From contig JBPOGH010000012.1 of assembly GCA_051252135.1 (NCBI GenBank), forward strand, positions 32,001 through 96,000: a DNA stretch of 64,000 bases. Direction: 5' to 3'. Position 1 is the first letter of the stretch; every line of letters begins with the position of its first letter. The notes beneath the pieces are model-generated. The model saw only the letters and a program-made list of their open reading frames with translations, ran no database searches and had not been told where the DNA came from. This DNA comes from Verrucomicrobiaceae bacterium (GTDB lineage Bacteria; Verrucomicrobiota; Verrucomicrobiia; Verrucomicrobiales; Akkermansiaceae). Below are positions 30,776 to 41,378 of the stretch, piece by piece. A program made the translations under genes and the position numbers.

Positions 30776-32686
30776 TCACTCCTCCAATGGCGGAGCAGGC
30801 GTCGGGGGCGAGGAAATCTCCGCCTCCGCACGCTTCGGGAAGACCGCATTTTCCCAGACCTGTTTGCCGGTATTATCCTTCACTGAGTTCTTCTCAAACG
30901 CAACCAGTGTCACCCCGGCCTCGATCACAATCCCGGCCTCCCCATTCTTCGTCACCCGATTCCCCGTGATCGAGGTCTCTTTCGATTCATCCTGCACCAC
31001 AATCCCCCCGAGCTGGTTCTCATGGATATCGCAATCATCGATCAAACCCACCGTCATCCCGGAAAAAAGAATACCCACCTCGCGATTGTTCTCGCTCCGC
31101 GACGAGCGGATTTCCAAAGCCATCTTCGGAGCCATCGCCACCAAACCCGCACGCCCGTTTTTCGAAAACTGGGACTCTGAAATCCTACCCGATCCGCCAT
31201 CCCAAAAATCAACTCCATGATGAAGATTTTCCCGGGAAATCACGTTATCAAGCGTCACCGAAGCCTCTTCTCCTCTCACCGCCACCCCATCCCAGCCACA
31301 CTCACTGATCTCACACTGCGCCAGCTGCGCCTTCCCTCCCTCAATAATTGCCAAACCGTGGCCGCTGGCCTTGCTGATCAGCGCATCCTCCAACTGAAGA
31401 CGGGCTCCAACCACCGCAACCACCGGAAAACGCTCCTTATCGTTGACCAATCCCCGATGACGCAAGGTCAGGGATGCAATCCGCACCCGGGGTCCCGGTT
31501 TCCCAATCGTAATCACTGACCCATCCGCACCGTCACACTCAATAATCGTACTCTTTCGGCTCTCCCCGACCAACTCGATCCCCGCCGGAACCACCAACGA
31601 CTCCTGATAAGTTCCCTTCGCCAGCAGAATCCGATCATTCGCCCTCGCTGCAGCCAGAGCCTCCTTGATCGTCTTAAACTCTCCCGGCACACGCAAGACA
31701 CGCCCATAGGCGGACATCTTCTGATAAAGCTCACGCACCTCGTCATTCGGATCCAGCCGCATCGCCTCCTTCAACAAGCCCAGTGCCTCAGTCGAATAAA
31801 CCCCCTTGTCGAGCTCCCGTGCTTTCAAGAGCAGCACATTCGCTGCCGCCCGATCCTTCTCCATCCGCTCTTTCACCTCCGCAATCCTCTTCTTCAAACC
31901 CGGAATCTCGGCATGCCTCGGATGAATCTTCATCAACTCCCCCAGATTCTTCTCCGCCAGCGTCCAATCCCCCTCATCAACCGCTTTCTGCGTCGCCTTG
32001 ATCACCATCAGACTCTTCACCTGCATCAGGCCCTCCTTGATCAACTCCCGAAGTTCGGACAACTTTTCGTGATCGGGCTGAAGAGCCTCAATCTCATCAC
32101 AAAATTTCGACGCATCAGTCAGTCGTCCCGCCTCCAGCGCTGCCTGGGCATTCCCCACCAGGAATCCCACCTGCTGGCCACGCTCCTCTTCCTGCCCCGC
32201 TGAAATTCTCTTCCGCGCCTCGCCGGTCCATTCTCCGTCAATCCCATTGCCCTCAAGAAAATCCACCAACTCCGCAGCCTCATCCCACTTCCGCAATTCA
32301 AGCACCCTCTCAAATTCCTCCTTCTGGGCTTCATAGGAAACCTCAGACTGGCCAAACCCTCCACCCGCACCAGCCCACTGCTGGTAGCCCCAAAATCCAA
32401 GCCCAAGCAACGCCGCTACAACAAATGCCCATATCCACATCCCATACGCCGTCCGACTCCGCTCGGGAGTATCGCGCAAGACCTGAATAATCTCACGAAG
32501 GGATGCCAGATCGGCTTCATAGCCCGCACGCTCTTCAGGATCTTCAGTGCTCACCACAAGGCTGGCAAGACGCTCCTCTGCCTTGAGCCATTGCGGCAGA
32601 TAATCAGCAACACGATCACGTCTGCCTAAGCCAATCCGCTTTCGAGCTTGTTCCCGGGTAAGTGTAGGTGACGGGGGGGAAGTCAT
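30776..32686 (-). CDS. Membrane-anchored TPR + right-handed beta-helix protein
   Basis: TM (MWIWAFVVAALLGLGFW), TPR-like helices, VPGEFKTIKEAL..GTYQES start of beta-helix, N-x-x-G-I repeats; start uncertain (32686 or 32704). Confidence 0.75.
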   Translation of the reverse strand: MTSPPSPTLTREQARKRIGLGRRDRVADYLPQWLKAEERLASLVVSTEDPEERAGYEADLASLREIIQVLRDTPERSRTAYGMWIWAFVVAALLGLGFWGYQQWAGAGGGFGQSEVSYEAQKEEFERVLELRKWDEAAELVDFLEGNGIDGEWTGEARKRISAGQEEERGQQVGFLVGNAQAALEAGRLTDASKFCDEIEALQPDHEKLSELRELIKEGLMQVKSLMVIKATQKAVDEGDWTLAEKNLGELMKIHPRHAEIPGLKKRIAEVKERMEKDRAAANVLLLKARELDKGVYSTEALGLLKEAMRLDPNDEVRELYQKMSAYGRVLRVPGEFKTIKEALAAARANDRILLAKGTYQESLVVPAGIELVGESRKSTIIECDGADGSVITIGKPGPRVRIASLTLRHRGLVNDKERFPVVAVVGARLQLEDALISKASGHGLAIIEGGKAQLAQCEISECGWDGVAVRGEEASVTLDNVISRENLHHGVDFWDGGSGRISESQFSKNGRAGLVAMAPKMALEIRSSRSENNREVGILFSGMTVGLIDDCDIHENQLGGIVVQDESKETSITGNRVTKNGEAGIVIEAGVTLVAFEKNSVKDNTGKQVWENAVFPKRAEAEISSPPTPAPPLEE

Positions 32687-32740
32687 CGGGCCGTTGGTGT
32701 GCACTATTGTTGTCCTTGGGCCAACTTCAAAAACCGATCC

Positions 32741-33505
32741 CTACCAAAGTCCCAGCTTACCATATCCCAGCGCATAAGCTGCCAACGAAGCGTTCGCCAC
32801 CCCATGCATCACCACACAGGCAAGAAGACTCCGCGTCCAAACCGCCACCCCATAGGTCAGCGCCCCATAGCAAATCGCCCCCAAATAATCGATGGGCGCA
32901 TGCGCAATTGTAAAAGCCAGAGTGACCACAATGAACGAAATCCACGCCGGCTTGCCAAATGGAACCTTCCAGTAGTCCCCGTCCATATCGATGAGAAATC
33001 GCATCAGAAATCCCCGCCAAAAAATCTCCTCCACCAACGAAACAATCACCACCGCCCGGAAAACACGCATCACCAGCGAAAACATCTGGGCGGCCTGCGA
33101 TTCAAAAACGTAAGGATCAAACCCATCCTTCCGGGGGGCCAGCCCCGTCAGCTTCTGCCAAAAGGTTTCCGGCTTCCCGGTCATCCCGTAAAAATCATAG
33201 AGCGTCGTCGGCAACAACCAGATCGCAATCCCCACAAACCCCGCAATCACCCCGATCCAAACCTTGTTGGACCACCTCAATTCATAATGGTGCCAGAAAA
33301 ATGCCAGCGTCACCAACGTCACCAACACCTGAATGGGATAAAACAATTGCTCCGGATAATGACGATACCACGGCGCATTATCATGCTCCCAAAGAATCGC
33401 CTCACCCACAAACTGGCTGATTAACAAAAACACCATGAAGACCCCAAACGGCACCACATGTGCCAAGGTCCGATCCTTTCTCCAAAGTGCCAATTGCTCC
33501 TTCAT
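32741..33505 (-). CDS. CAAX prenyl protease-related (CPBP) intramembrane protease
   Basis: EEIFWRGFL, FTIAH, MHGVAN; multiple TMs. Confidence 0.85.
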   Translation of the reverse strand: MKEQLALWRKDRTLAHVVPFGVFMVFLLISQFVGEAILWEHDNAPWYRHYPEQLFYPIQVLVTLVTLAFFWHHYELRWSNKVWIGVIAGFVGIAIWLLPTTLYDFYGMTGKPETFWQKLTGLAPRKDGFDPYVFESQAAQMFSLVMRVFRAVVIVSLVEEIFWRGFLMRFLIDMDGDYWKVPFGKPAWISFIVVTLAFTIAHAPIDYLGAICYGALTYGVAVWTRSLLACVVMHGVANASLAAYALGYGKLGLW

Positions 33506-33512
33506 CCTAAAT

Positions 33513-34679
33513 TTACAGTGTCGCAATAAATCTCTCCAGACGCGTCATCGCCTCCTTCAAATCATCCATTCCCGTGGCATAGCAACACCTCAGGAATCCC
33601 TCTCCGCAGGCTCCAAAAGCCGTTCCCGGAACCGCCGCAACCTGCTCGGCCTCCAGCAGACGCATCGCAAAATCCTGACTGCTCAGACCAAATTTCGAAA
33701 TGTCAGGGAACACGTAAAACGCCCCACCGGGAGAATGACAATCAATCCCCATCCCATTCAGCCGCTCCACCAGAAAGTCCCGGCGTGCCCGATACTCCTC
33801 TTTCATATTCAGATATAGCTCTTCGCCTCCCTTCAAGGCCTCCAGCGCCGCCATCTGACTCGTAATCGGCGCACAAAGAATCCCGTATTGGTGAATCTTC
33901 ATCATCGCCTCAATCAAGGGCTTGGGTGCACACGCATACCCCAACCGGAAACCGGTCATCGCAAACGCCTTCGAGAACCCATGAAGCAGAATCGTCCTCT
34001 CACGCATTCCGGGTAAGGTCGCAATCGAGACATGCTCTCCCTCATCATACCGCAACTCGCTGTAAATCTCATCACTCAGCACTATCAGGTCATGCTCCAC
34101 GCAAAGCTTCGCAATCCCCTCCAAATCCTCCTGCGAGGCCACCGCCCCCGTCGGATTCGTCGGGAAATTCAGCATCACCACCTTCGTCTTGTCGGTGATC
34201 GCCGCCGCAAGCGCTTTCGGCTTCAGAGAAAATCCATCCTCCTTCGTCGTCGATACCGCTACCGCCACCCCGTGCGCCATCGCCACACTGGGCGAATACG
34301 ACACATAGCACGGTTCATGGTAAATCACTTCATCGCCCGGATTAAGCAATGCCCGTAACGCCAAATCAAGCGCCTCGGAAACCCCAACCGTGATCAGCAC
34401 CTCACCCGCCCCATCGTAGGTCACATGGAAAAAATCCTCCACATACTCCGCGATTTTACTGCGCAAGGACAACAAGCCCAGATTCGACGTATAACTCGTC
34501 TCACCCCGCTCCAACGACAGGATCGCAGCTTCACGAATCCGCCACGGAGTCACGAAATCAGGCTCACCCACTCCCAGCGAAATGACATCATCCCGCCCAA
34601 TCACCAACTCAAAGAAATCCCTGATGCCGGAGCGTGGAATCGCTTTGAGATGACCGGCTAATTTATCCTCCACATTCAT
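33513..34679 (-). CDS. PLP-dependent aminotransferase class I/II
   Basis: LGVGEPDF, NFPTNPTG, SDEIY, GFSKAFAMTGFRLG. Confidence 0.93.
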   Translation of the reverse strand: MNVEDKLAGHLKAIPRSGIRDFFELVIGRDDVISLGVGEPDFVTPWRIREAAILSLERGETSYTSNLGLLSLRSKIAEYVEDFFHVTYDGAGEVLITVGVSEALDLALRALLNPGDEVIYHEPCYVSYSPSVAMAHGVAVAVSTTKEDGFSLKPKALAAAITDKTKVVMLNFPTNPTGAVASQEDLEGIAKLCVEHDLIVLSDEIYSELRYDEGEHVSIATLPGMRERTILLHGFSKAFAMTGFRLGYACAPKPLIEAMMKIHQYGILCAPITSQMAALEALKGGEELYLNMKEEYRARRDFLVERLNGMGIDCHSPGGAFYVFPDISKFGLSSQDFAMRLLEAEQVAAVPGTAFGACGEGFLRCCYATGMDDLKEAMTRLERFIATL

Positions 34680-34684
34680 TGACT

Positions 34685-35164
34685 TCAGGGAGAAACAGGG
34701 AGCCGCTCGACATCATCGGAAACCCCGTAGAGGAATCCTTTTTCCTTATAGGCCTTAAGTCGAAAATGGGTCGCCGTGGAAATCACACCCTCGATGGTAC
34801 TCAATTGCTCGGCCACAAAATTGGCCACATTCATCAGATCCGTCCCCTCCACCAACACCAGAAGATCAAATCCCCCGCTGGTCAGGTAACAACTCTTCAC
34901 CTGATCAAATCGCGCAATCCGTCGCGCCAAACGATCAAAACCACCACCACGCTCGGGTGTCAGACGGACTTCAATGAACGCATTGACCCCGTTCCCTGCG
35001 AGCTTCGCCGGATCGATCATTGCCTGATAGCCCCGGATCGTCCCGTCGGCTTCAAATTCCGCAATCTCTTGCGCCACCTGTTCCGGTGTGGACGCGAGTT
35101 TTTCAGCCAACTCTTCAAGCGAGAGCCGGGCGTTTCCCTGAAGAAGCGTGAGAAGTTCGTTCAT
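34685..35164 (-). CDS. Lrp/AsnC family transcriptional regulator
   Basis: LQGNARLS HTH, I.GY, SGGFDL, STATHF; adjacent to the aminotransferase. Confidence 0.9.
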   Translation of the reverse strand: MNELLTLLQGNARLSLEELAEKLASTPEQVAQEIAEFEADGTIRGYQAMIDPAKLAGNGVNAFIEVRLTPERGGGFDRLARRIARFDQVKSCYLTSGGFDLLVLVEGTDLMNVANFVAEQLSTIEGVISTATHFRLKAYKEKGFLYGVSDDVERLPVSP

Positions 35165-35176
35165 ATCTATTCTAAA

Positions 35177-36262
35177 TTAAATCCGGTCGCCAAAGCACAC
35201 CCCGATCGAGCGCGCTGCCGTGACCACCTCCGAATTGGGCTCCACAAGACGCAGCTTGTCCACCGCCTCCTTGATGGGAACGGAATCCACATGGTAGCTT
35301 TGATAGCTAACCATCTCACCAAATTTCCCTTTCTTGGCCAACTCGGCCGCCATCGCCCCAAAGCGCAATCCAAGAATTCGATCCAACGGCGTGGGAGTTC
35401 CCCCTCGCTGAACATGGCCCAAAGTGGTGCATCGGGTTTCCTTGCCCGTCAACTTGGCAATCCCGGCAGCCACTTGCTCGCCAATCCCACCAAGACGGAC
35501 TTCCCCGCCCTCATTATCGTCAATCGTCGATAGGAGTCCATCGGGAGACTTCGCCCCCTCCGCCACCACCACAAGCGAGCTCGTGTAACCATTCGCCTCA
35601 CGCTCGTTGATGTGCTCCGCCACTCTCTCATAGGAAAATGGAATTTCCGGAAGCAAAATCACATTCGCGGATCCGGCCATCCCACCCCAAAGGGCAATCC
35701 AACCCGCATGCCGTCCCATCACCTCAAGCACCATCACCCGCTTGTGACTTTGCCCGGTTGTTTGCAAACGATCCAACCCATCAACCACGGAAGAGACCGC
35801 ACTATCAAAACCGAAGGTCATTGCCGTCGCCTGAAGATCGTTGTCGATCGTCTTGGGAACACCAATGATCGGCCAGCCCTGCTCAAACAGCTGCTGTCCC
35901 GTCGTCAGGGAACCATCGCCCCCGACTACCACCAAAGCAGTGATTCCAAGTCCGTCGATGGTAGCCTTCGCCTTATCCACAATGTGCTGGGGCACCGCGG
36001 CAACATCTCCTTCTCCGATCTTGGCCGCAAAGTTCCCTTTGTTCGTCGTCCCAAGAATGGTTCCACCAAGCTTGAGAATCCCTTCGGTCTCACGGGGCGT
36101 AAGAAAAACATGACCATTTTCCGGATCAAGTAATCCCTCAAATCCATCATAAAAGCCAACTGCCTCCCAGCCGTTTCTGGTCGCGGCTCCCACTACTCCG
36201 TGAATCACCGCATTAAGTCCTGGGCAATCGCCCCCGCTATTCAAAATTCCAATTCGCTTCAT
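35177..36262 (-). CDS. pfkA: 6-phosphofructokinase (GGDG + PKTIDND; probably ATP-dependent)
   Basis: SGGDCPGLNA, GGTILGT, GGDGS, PKTIDND, EVMGRHAG, LGHVQRGG. Confidence 0.93.
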   Translation of the reverse strand: MKRIGILNSGGDCPGLNAVIHGVVGAATRNGWEAVGFYDGFEGLLDPENGHVFLTPRETEGILKLGGTILGTTNKGNFAAKIGEGDVAAVPQHIVDKAKATIDGLGITALVVVGGDGSLTTGQQLFEQGWPIIGVPKTIDNDLQATAMTFGFDSAVSSVVDGLDRLQTTGQSHKRVMVLEVMGRHAGWIALWGGMAGSANVILLPEIPFSYERVAEHINEREANGYTSSLVVVAEGAKSPDGLLSTIDDNEGGEVRLGGIGEQVAAGIAKLTGKETRCTTLGHVQRGGTPTPLDRILGLRFGAMAAELAKKGKFGEMVSYQSYHVDSVPIKEAVDKLRLVEPNSEVVTAARSIGVCFGDRI

Positions 36263-36311
36263 ATATAGTGTGTCAGTGTGGTGTCAGAAATTGTTCTGCT
36301 AAAAATCCCTC

Positions 36312-37268
36312 TCACGGGTTGGGCACGACGAGAATTTCACGCGCCTGATTCACAATCGGGCTCCCTTGCTGCATCCAGGCCTGATAGAGCGGCCAGGCCT
36401 GCTGAATCATCGACTGCGTCCGTCCCCATCGGTCGGGGCTTGCCAAAGTAATTACGATCAACTGACGCGGAGTGAGAAGAGTCCGTCCGTCGGGCATCTT
36501 TTGCACCACATTGGGCTTGCTCGCACTGGTCGCCAAACAAGGCCCGGCGAGCACCGTCGTCCCGGTTTTGATCCCATTGACATCCCCCTTACCCACCAAA
36601 GCATGGGTGTTCTTTACCCGAAACCCCCGCTTCTCGTTACCTCGAAAATAACTCAGGCTCCGACTCTCCTGCTTCACATAATACTGGAATCCCGTATTGC
36701 GCATCGCATAAATGCAAAGCTTGGCCATGTCCCTCGCCGTTGAAAACCCGCGCTCGCGAGCCGTATCCATACCATGGGGATTGTAAAAACGCGTCCGGGT
36801 CATCCCAAGCGCCTTCGCCAGATTGTTCATTTCAATCACAAACGCCTGAATCGGATCGTTGGTTGAACTTCCCCGCGAAATAATCGAACGCCCCACGTGA
36901 TCAGCCACCGTGTAAGCCGCCACATTGTCGGAACCCAACATCATCGAATACACCGCATCCCGCAGAGCAATCCGGTCTCCGGGCACCATCCCCATCGGAT
37001 TCGCACCACCCAGTGCCGCCGCTTGAAAAGGAACCACCGCCATTTCGGCCATATTGGTTCCGCTGGCCTTCGACCAATCAAGCACCAGCATCGATGCCGC
37101 AATCTTCGTCAAGCTTGCAACAGGACGCTTCCGGTCCGCATCTAGCTCCAGAAGTACTTTGCCACTGTGGGCCTCCACCGCGACATAGCTCTCTTGGGCA
37201 CGGACCAAAGAACCGCCAATCAGGGAGATTGCGGCGACGAAAAACGTGATTTGCTGGAGCAACTTCAT
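36312..37268 (-). CDS. D-alanyl-D-alanine carboxypeptidase (peptidase S11)
   Basis: Signal peptide; ASLTK, SDN, NPHG, KTG. Confidence 0.9.
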   Translation of the reverse strand: MKLLQQITFFVAAISLIGGSLVRAQESYVAVEAHSGKVLLELDADRKRPVASLTKIAASMLVLDWSKASGTNMAEMAVVPFQAAALGGANPMGMVPGDRIALRDAVYSMMLGSDNVAAYTVADHVGRSIISRGSSTNDPIQAFVIEMNNLAKALGMTRTRFYNPHGMDTARERGFSTARDMAKLCIYAMRNTGFQYYVKQESRSLSYFRGNEKRGFRVKNTHALVGKGDVNGIKTGTTVLAGPCLATSASKPNVVQKMPDGRTLLTPRQLIVITLASPDRWGRTQSMIQQAWPLYQAWMQQGSPIVNQAREILVVPNP

Positions 37269-37414
37269 CGGAAACAGCGCGACTCTAGTGAGAAGATGAG
37301 TGATGACAATCCCGAATCCAAGACACCTTCACTACCTCTCCATGAACGATTTCATGATGAAAGGTCAATTTTCCATTGCCAAGCCTCAGGAATTCCGGTG
37401 GACTGGTCTGCGTA

Positions 37415-37843
37415 ATGAGAAAGCTCCTACTGATCACACTCGCACTGGGAATGGCTGCTCCTGCGTTCGCAGACATCCAGGCCCCTCCAGGCTCCAAATA
37501 CACCTCTACTCGTAAGCTCGGCCGCGCAGTCGGTAACATTCTCTACGGAATCGTAGAAATTCCCGAGCAAATCGTCCGCAGGACCGATGCCGAAGGAAAC
37601 AAAGTCGGTTACTCCTACGGAGCTGTCGATGGCGTCCGTCGCACCTTCCGCCGCCTCGGTTACGGATTCTACGAGCTCGTCACTTTCCACTGCCCGACTT
37701 ATCACGGCACCTTCAAACCACCCTACACCCATTGTGGTTCTGATGACCGGATCGAAATGAATCCTGATCGCGGATTGACCGAATTCCCACCCGAGCTTGG
37801 TGCGGAATCCTACTTCGGCCACTCCCGGACCCAGAAGTGGTAA
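37415..37843 (+). CDS. Secreted protein resembling the exosortase-system-associated TIGR04073 family
   Basis: Signal peptide MRKLLLITLALG; RKLGRAVGNILYGIVEIP, GFYELVTF. Confidence 0.7.
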   Translation: MRKLLLITLALGMAAPAFADIQAPPGSKYTSTRKLGRAVGNILYGIVEIPEQIVRRTDAEGNKVGYSYGAVDGVRRTFRRLGYGFYELVTFHCPTYHGTFKPPYTHCGSDDRIEMNPDRGLTEFPPELGAESYFGHSRTQKW

Positions 37844-37869
37844 TCCTCCACGGATTTACTCCAGATTTC

Positions 37870-37898
37870 AAAAAGCCGCTCAATCGAGCGGCTTTTTT
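37870..37898 (+). terminator. Intrinsic terminator (possibly bidirectional)
   Basis: AAAAGCCGCTC-AATC-GAGCGGCTTTTTT. Confidence 0.85.
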
Positions 37899-37958
37899 GT
37901 GCCCGCTTTACCTTAATCTCCCTTCACCAATCCGCCTGCGGAAGATCTCCTCCTAAAA

Positions 37959-38100
37959 CCAACGACAAAGGACCAACGCCGCTTGAAGCGAAAGGACTCG
38001 CAGCCCTTCAGGGTTTACCTTCTGTCTCCTCAGCGAAGCTGCAATTCCCTCAAGACCCCAAAATCAGCACACTCGTTGGCCATTTTTCAGACGAACTCTA
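37959..38100. repeat. ~140-bp dispersed repeat, copy 1
   Basis: Aligns by eye over its whole length with 62899-63039 (shared blocks GGACCAACGCCGCTTGAAG, GAAAGGACTCGCAGCCC, CTCCTCAGCGAAGCTGCA, CCCCAAAATCAG, CACTCGTTGG). Confidence 0.9.
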
Positions 38101-39327
38101 AAGCTTCTCGGGACTTTGTAAAAGCTGGGCCACCCGCTGAAGCAAGAGCCCGGCCCCGCCCCCATCGACAACCCGATGATCAAAAGTCAGACAAAGCTCT
38201 GTCTCGGTGATCGGAATGAACGCCCCCACCTCCTCACTCCACTTTGGAATCTTAATTCCAGCCGCAAGTCCCAAAATAAGAGTCTCGTTTGGCAAAGGAA
38301 TCGGTGTTCCCCACTTCAAACCAAAGGTTCCGAAATTGGTCACCGTCGCAATTCCACCCGAGGTTTGATCCGCCGTCAGCCGACGCTCCCGCCCCGCCTT
38401 CACCAGCTCATCATATTCCCGGGCAAGATCTTCCACACTATGCTGATCCACATTCCGGAGAACCGGAACCATCACCCCGTCATCCACCTGCACCGCCACC
38501 CCGATATCGAACGCACGGGGATGGACAATCTTCTCTCCGATCAAAAATCCCGCCGTCGCCGGCTCCTCCGCCAGTGCAATCGCAAAAGCTCTCAGAACAT
38601 AAAGCGTAAGACCGGGTTTGGGATTCTGCCGGGAACGATAATCCAACAACTTGTCCATCGGAACCGGCAAACCCACCGAAGCCAATGGACGCGTCCAACT
38701 CCGGCTCATCGCATCAGCAACCGCCAAGCGCATCGGAGAGGCCGTGCTGTATGGCCATTTTTCAATGTATTCCAGAAAGGCCTCCAAATCTTCCACCGTG
38801 ACCCGGCCCCCGGCACCACTTCCCGCAATGGCCGAAATATCTGCCGCCCGTAACCCCAGCTCATCCATCCGGGCCCGCATCCTCGGTGAAATATAATGCG
38901 CTCCCTTCATTCCCGCCGGCACCGGTAGTCCGCGCACACTTGGCTCAACCAACTTGGGCTCCTCGTAGCTGCTTTCATTCGATCGAAAATGAAGATTCTC
39001 CTCTTCTTCCTCAGCTCCACCCTCCTGCTCGACCACCTCATCCGGAGACCCCATCACCGGCGCACCGGTCAATTGAATCTCGTCCTCACTGGCCTCAAGA
39101 ATCCCCAGCAAACTTCCCACCGCATAATTCTCCCCCTCCTGCGCCCGAATCTCCAACACCGTCCCACCACATAAGGTCGTCACCCCCATCGTTGCCTTGT
39201 TGGTTTCCACCTCGATGATTTCCTGATCTGCGGAAACCGTATCACCCACCGCAATATTGAGCCTAATAACACGGGCCTCCGCGATGGATTCGCCTAACTG
39301 GGGCATAATGATGGGAACCTGGGGCAT
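38098..39327 (-). CDS. 2-oxoacid dehydrogenase E2 (dihydrolipoamide acyltransferase)
   Basis: Lipoyl domain EVETNKA, E3-binding GSGAGGRVT, TFDHRVVDG. Confidence 0.92.
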   Translation of the reverse strand: MPQVPIIMPQLGESIAEARVIRLNIAVGDTVSADQEIIEVETNKATMGVTTLCGGTVLEIRAQEGENYAVGSLLGILEASEDEIQLTGAPVMGSPDEVVEQEGGAEEEEENLHFRSNESSYEEPKLVEPSVRGLPVPAGMKGAHYISPRMRARMDELGLRAADISAIAGSGAGGRVTVEDLEAFLEYIEKWPYSTASPMRLAVADAMSRSWTRPLASVGLPVPMDKLLDYRSRQNPKPGLTLYVLRAFAIALAEEPATAGFLIGEKIVHPRAFDIGVAVQVDDGVMVPVLRNVDQHSVEDLAREYDELVKAGRERRLTADQTSGGIATVTNFGTFGLKWGTPIPLPNETLILGLAAGIKIPKWSEEVGAFIPITETELCLTFDHRVVDGGGAGLLLQRVAQLLQSPEKL

Positions 39328-39332
39328 ATCTC

Positions 39333-40298
39333 TTAGAGGTTTAGAAGTTCACGGAGTTTCTCCACGATGGATTCGGGAGTAGGACGATGGGCCGCCCAAA
39401 GATCGGGATGGTAGGGAATCGGAGTATCTTTCGCATTCAACCGAAGCGGAGCCGCATCCAGCAAATGAAACCCTTCGGCCACCACTCGCGAAATCACCTC
39501 GGAAGTCACGCCTCCCCATGGAAACCCCTCCCCCAAGGCCAAAACTCGTCCCGTCCGGGCCACCGACGCCATCACCGTATCCATATCAAGCGGTTTCACC
39601 GTTCGAAGATCCACCACCTCAATCTCCCAACCCTCTTTGGCCAACCGGTCCGCTGCCCGCACCGCCTCATGCACCATCGCACTGTAGGTCACCACCGTCG
39701 CATGTTTTCCCGGTCGCGTAATCCGCGCACATCCCAACGGAAGCTCCTCCTCCTTAATCTCCTTCGATTTCAGCCACCGATAAAGGAACTTGTGCTCACA
39801 ATAGACTGCGGGATCATCGAGAAGAACCGACGCCTTGAGGAGATGATAGGCATCAGAAACTGTCGCCGGAGTCACCACCACCAAACCCGGATAATGCCCG
39901 TAGATCGACTCCACCATTTGACTGTGGAATGGCCCCGATCCCGGAGTTCCACCACACGGCATCCGCACCGTAATCGGCACCGGAACACCGGTTCGATAAT
40001 AATGCGTCCCCGCGTGATTGACGATCTGGTTGAACGCTACCGAGGAAAAATCCGCAAACTGCATCTCCACAATCGGACGCATTCCGCTGATTGCCGCACC
40101 AATCGCCATCCCCACCATCGCATCCTCACTGATCGGCGAATCCAACACCCTGCCTTTGAATCTCTCCTGAAAACCTTTGGTCGCTTTAAACGCTCCTCCA
40201 AACTTGCCAATATCCTGACCGTAAAGAAAGACCTCGGGGTGATCCCGCAAGAGCTCCTCTAGGGCACGATGAATGGCGTCAATATAAGTAAGACTCAC
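39333..40298 (-). CDS. 2-oxoacid dehydrogenase E1 beta subunit
   Basis: GQDIG..GG.F, DSPISE, EMQFADF, GPFHSQ, EHKFLY, DLRTVKPLD. Confidence 0.93.
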   Translation of the reverse strand: MSLTYIDAIHRALEELLRDHPEVFLYGQDIGKFGGAFKATKGFQERFKGRVLDSPISEDAMVGMAIGAAISGMRPIVEMQFADFSSVAFNQIVNHAGTHYYRTGVPVPITVRMPCGGTPGSGPFHSQMVESIYGHYPGLVVVTPATVSDAYHLLKASVLLDDPAVYCEHKFLYRWLKSKEIKEEELPLGCARITRPGKHATVVTYSAMVHEAVRAADRLAKEGWEIEVVDLRTVKPLDMDTVMASVARTGRVLALGEGFPWGGVTSEVISRVVAEGFHLLDAAPLRLNAKDTPIPYHPDLWAAHRPTPESIVEKLRELLNL

Positions 40299-40299
40299 C

Positions 40300-41319
40300 C
40301 TATTGCATCCCTTCTACCGATACCGCCCGCCAATCCTCACGATAAGGATCGGGACCCGGTTCCCGTTGCGCGATCGCTACCGCCTCTTGCACCGTTTCCA
40401 CCGCTTCCTGCTTCCACGAATCAATCTCTTCCGCAGTTGCCAGACCGTCGCCGATCACCTGCTCGATCGCCACATCCAGGCAGTCACGGCCAATCAAAGA
40501 ATCCCGAAGCTCATCCGGAACATACGAAGCATCATCATGCTCGCCATGCCCGCATAACCTGAGCAATCGCGCCACCACCAACTGCGGACCGTATCCCTCA
40601 CGGGCCGATGTCACCGCCCGCTGAACTCCGGCCAGCGTAGCCTTCAAATCCGTTCCATCCACCTCGGTTCCTCCCACACCATAGCCCGCCGCACGCTCCA
40701 AAAGACTTTCACACGCAAACTGCCGGTCCCGGGGCGTCGAATACGCAAACTGATTGTCCGCCACCACCACCACCAACGGCAACTTCTCCACCGCCGCCAG
40801 ATTCAATCCCTCATGAAACGAACCGGTCGAAGTTGCTCCATCGCCCAAACAAGCCGCACCCACCACGCCATCCAACTCTCCCTTCATCCGCTTCGCCATC
40901 AACATCCCCGCAACCAAGGACACCGAGGTCCCCAAATGACTGATCATCGCAGGCATCCCTTCCAAAGGACGACCCCGGTGAATATTACCGTCCCGCCCAC
41001 GCATCGGCCCCTCCACCGAACCCAAATAAGTCCGCGTGGCATCCAAAATATCCTCCTCAAACGCCATCCGCCCCGCCTGATCACGAATCAACGGTGCAAA
41101 GACATCCCTCCCCCTCTTCAATGACGCTCCCACCGAGGCACTCAATGCCTCTTGGCCGGTTCCAAGATAAACACCCCCGACAATTTTCCCCGCCCGATAC
41201 AAGCTCGATAACTTCGCCTCCAGCGTCCGAGCCGAAATCATGGCTCTCAAAACACGACACACCAACTCACCATCCAAAATCTCTCCCGGCGGGGAGATCG
41301 GAAGCAGATTTTGAGGCAT
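40300..41319 (-). CDS. 2-oxoacid dehydrogenase E1 alpha subunit
   Basis: GQEA, TPP motif GDGA...NQFAYST, RLCGHGEHD; start reassigned to MPQNLL. Confidence 0.92.
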   Translation of the reverse strand: MPQNLLPISPPGEILDGELVCRVLRAMISARTLEAKLSSLYRAGKIVGGVYLGTGQEALSASVGASLKRGRDVFAPLIRDQAGRMAFEEDILDATRTYLGSVEGPMRGRDGNIHRGRPLEGMPAMISHLGTSVSLVAGMLMAKRMKGELDGVVGAACLGDGATSTGSFHEGLNLAAVEKLPLVVVVADNQFAYSTPRDRQFACESLLERAAGYGVGGTEVDGTDLKATLAGVQRAVTSAREGYGPQLVVARLLRLCGHGEHDDASYVPDELRDSLIGRDCLDVAIEQVIGDGLATAEEIDSWKQEAVETVQEAVAIAQREPGPDPYREDWRAVSVEGMQ

Positions 41320-41378
41320 CGGTCGCACGGTCGAGAATAGGGGCTTAGGGTGGGTTAGAGCAATCGCAATTGCTCTAT

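Noticed and set aside
36263..36290. GTGTCAG direct repeat upstream of pfkA
   Set aside because: Too short to tell from chance; no matching regulator motif recognised.
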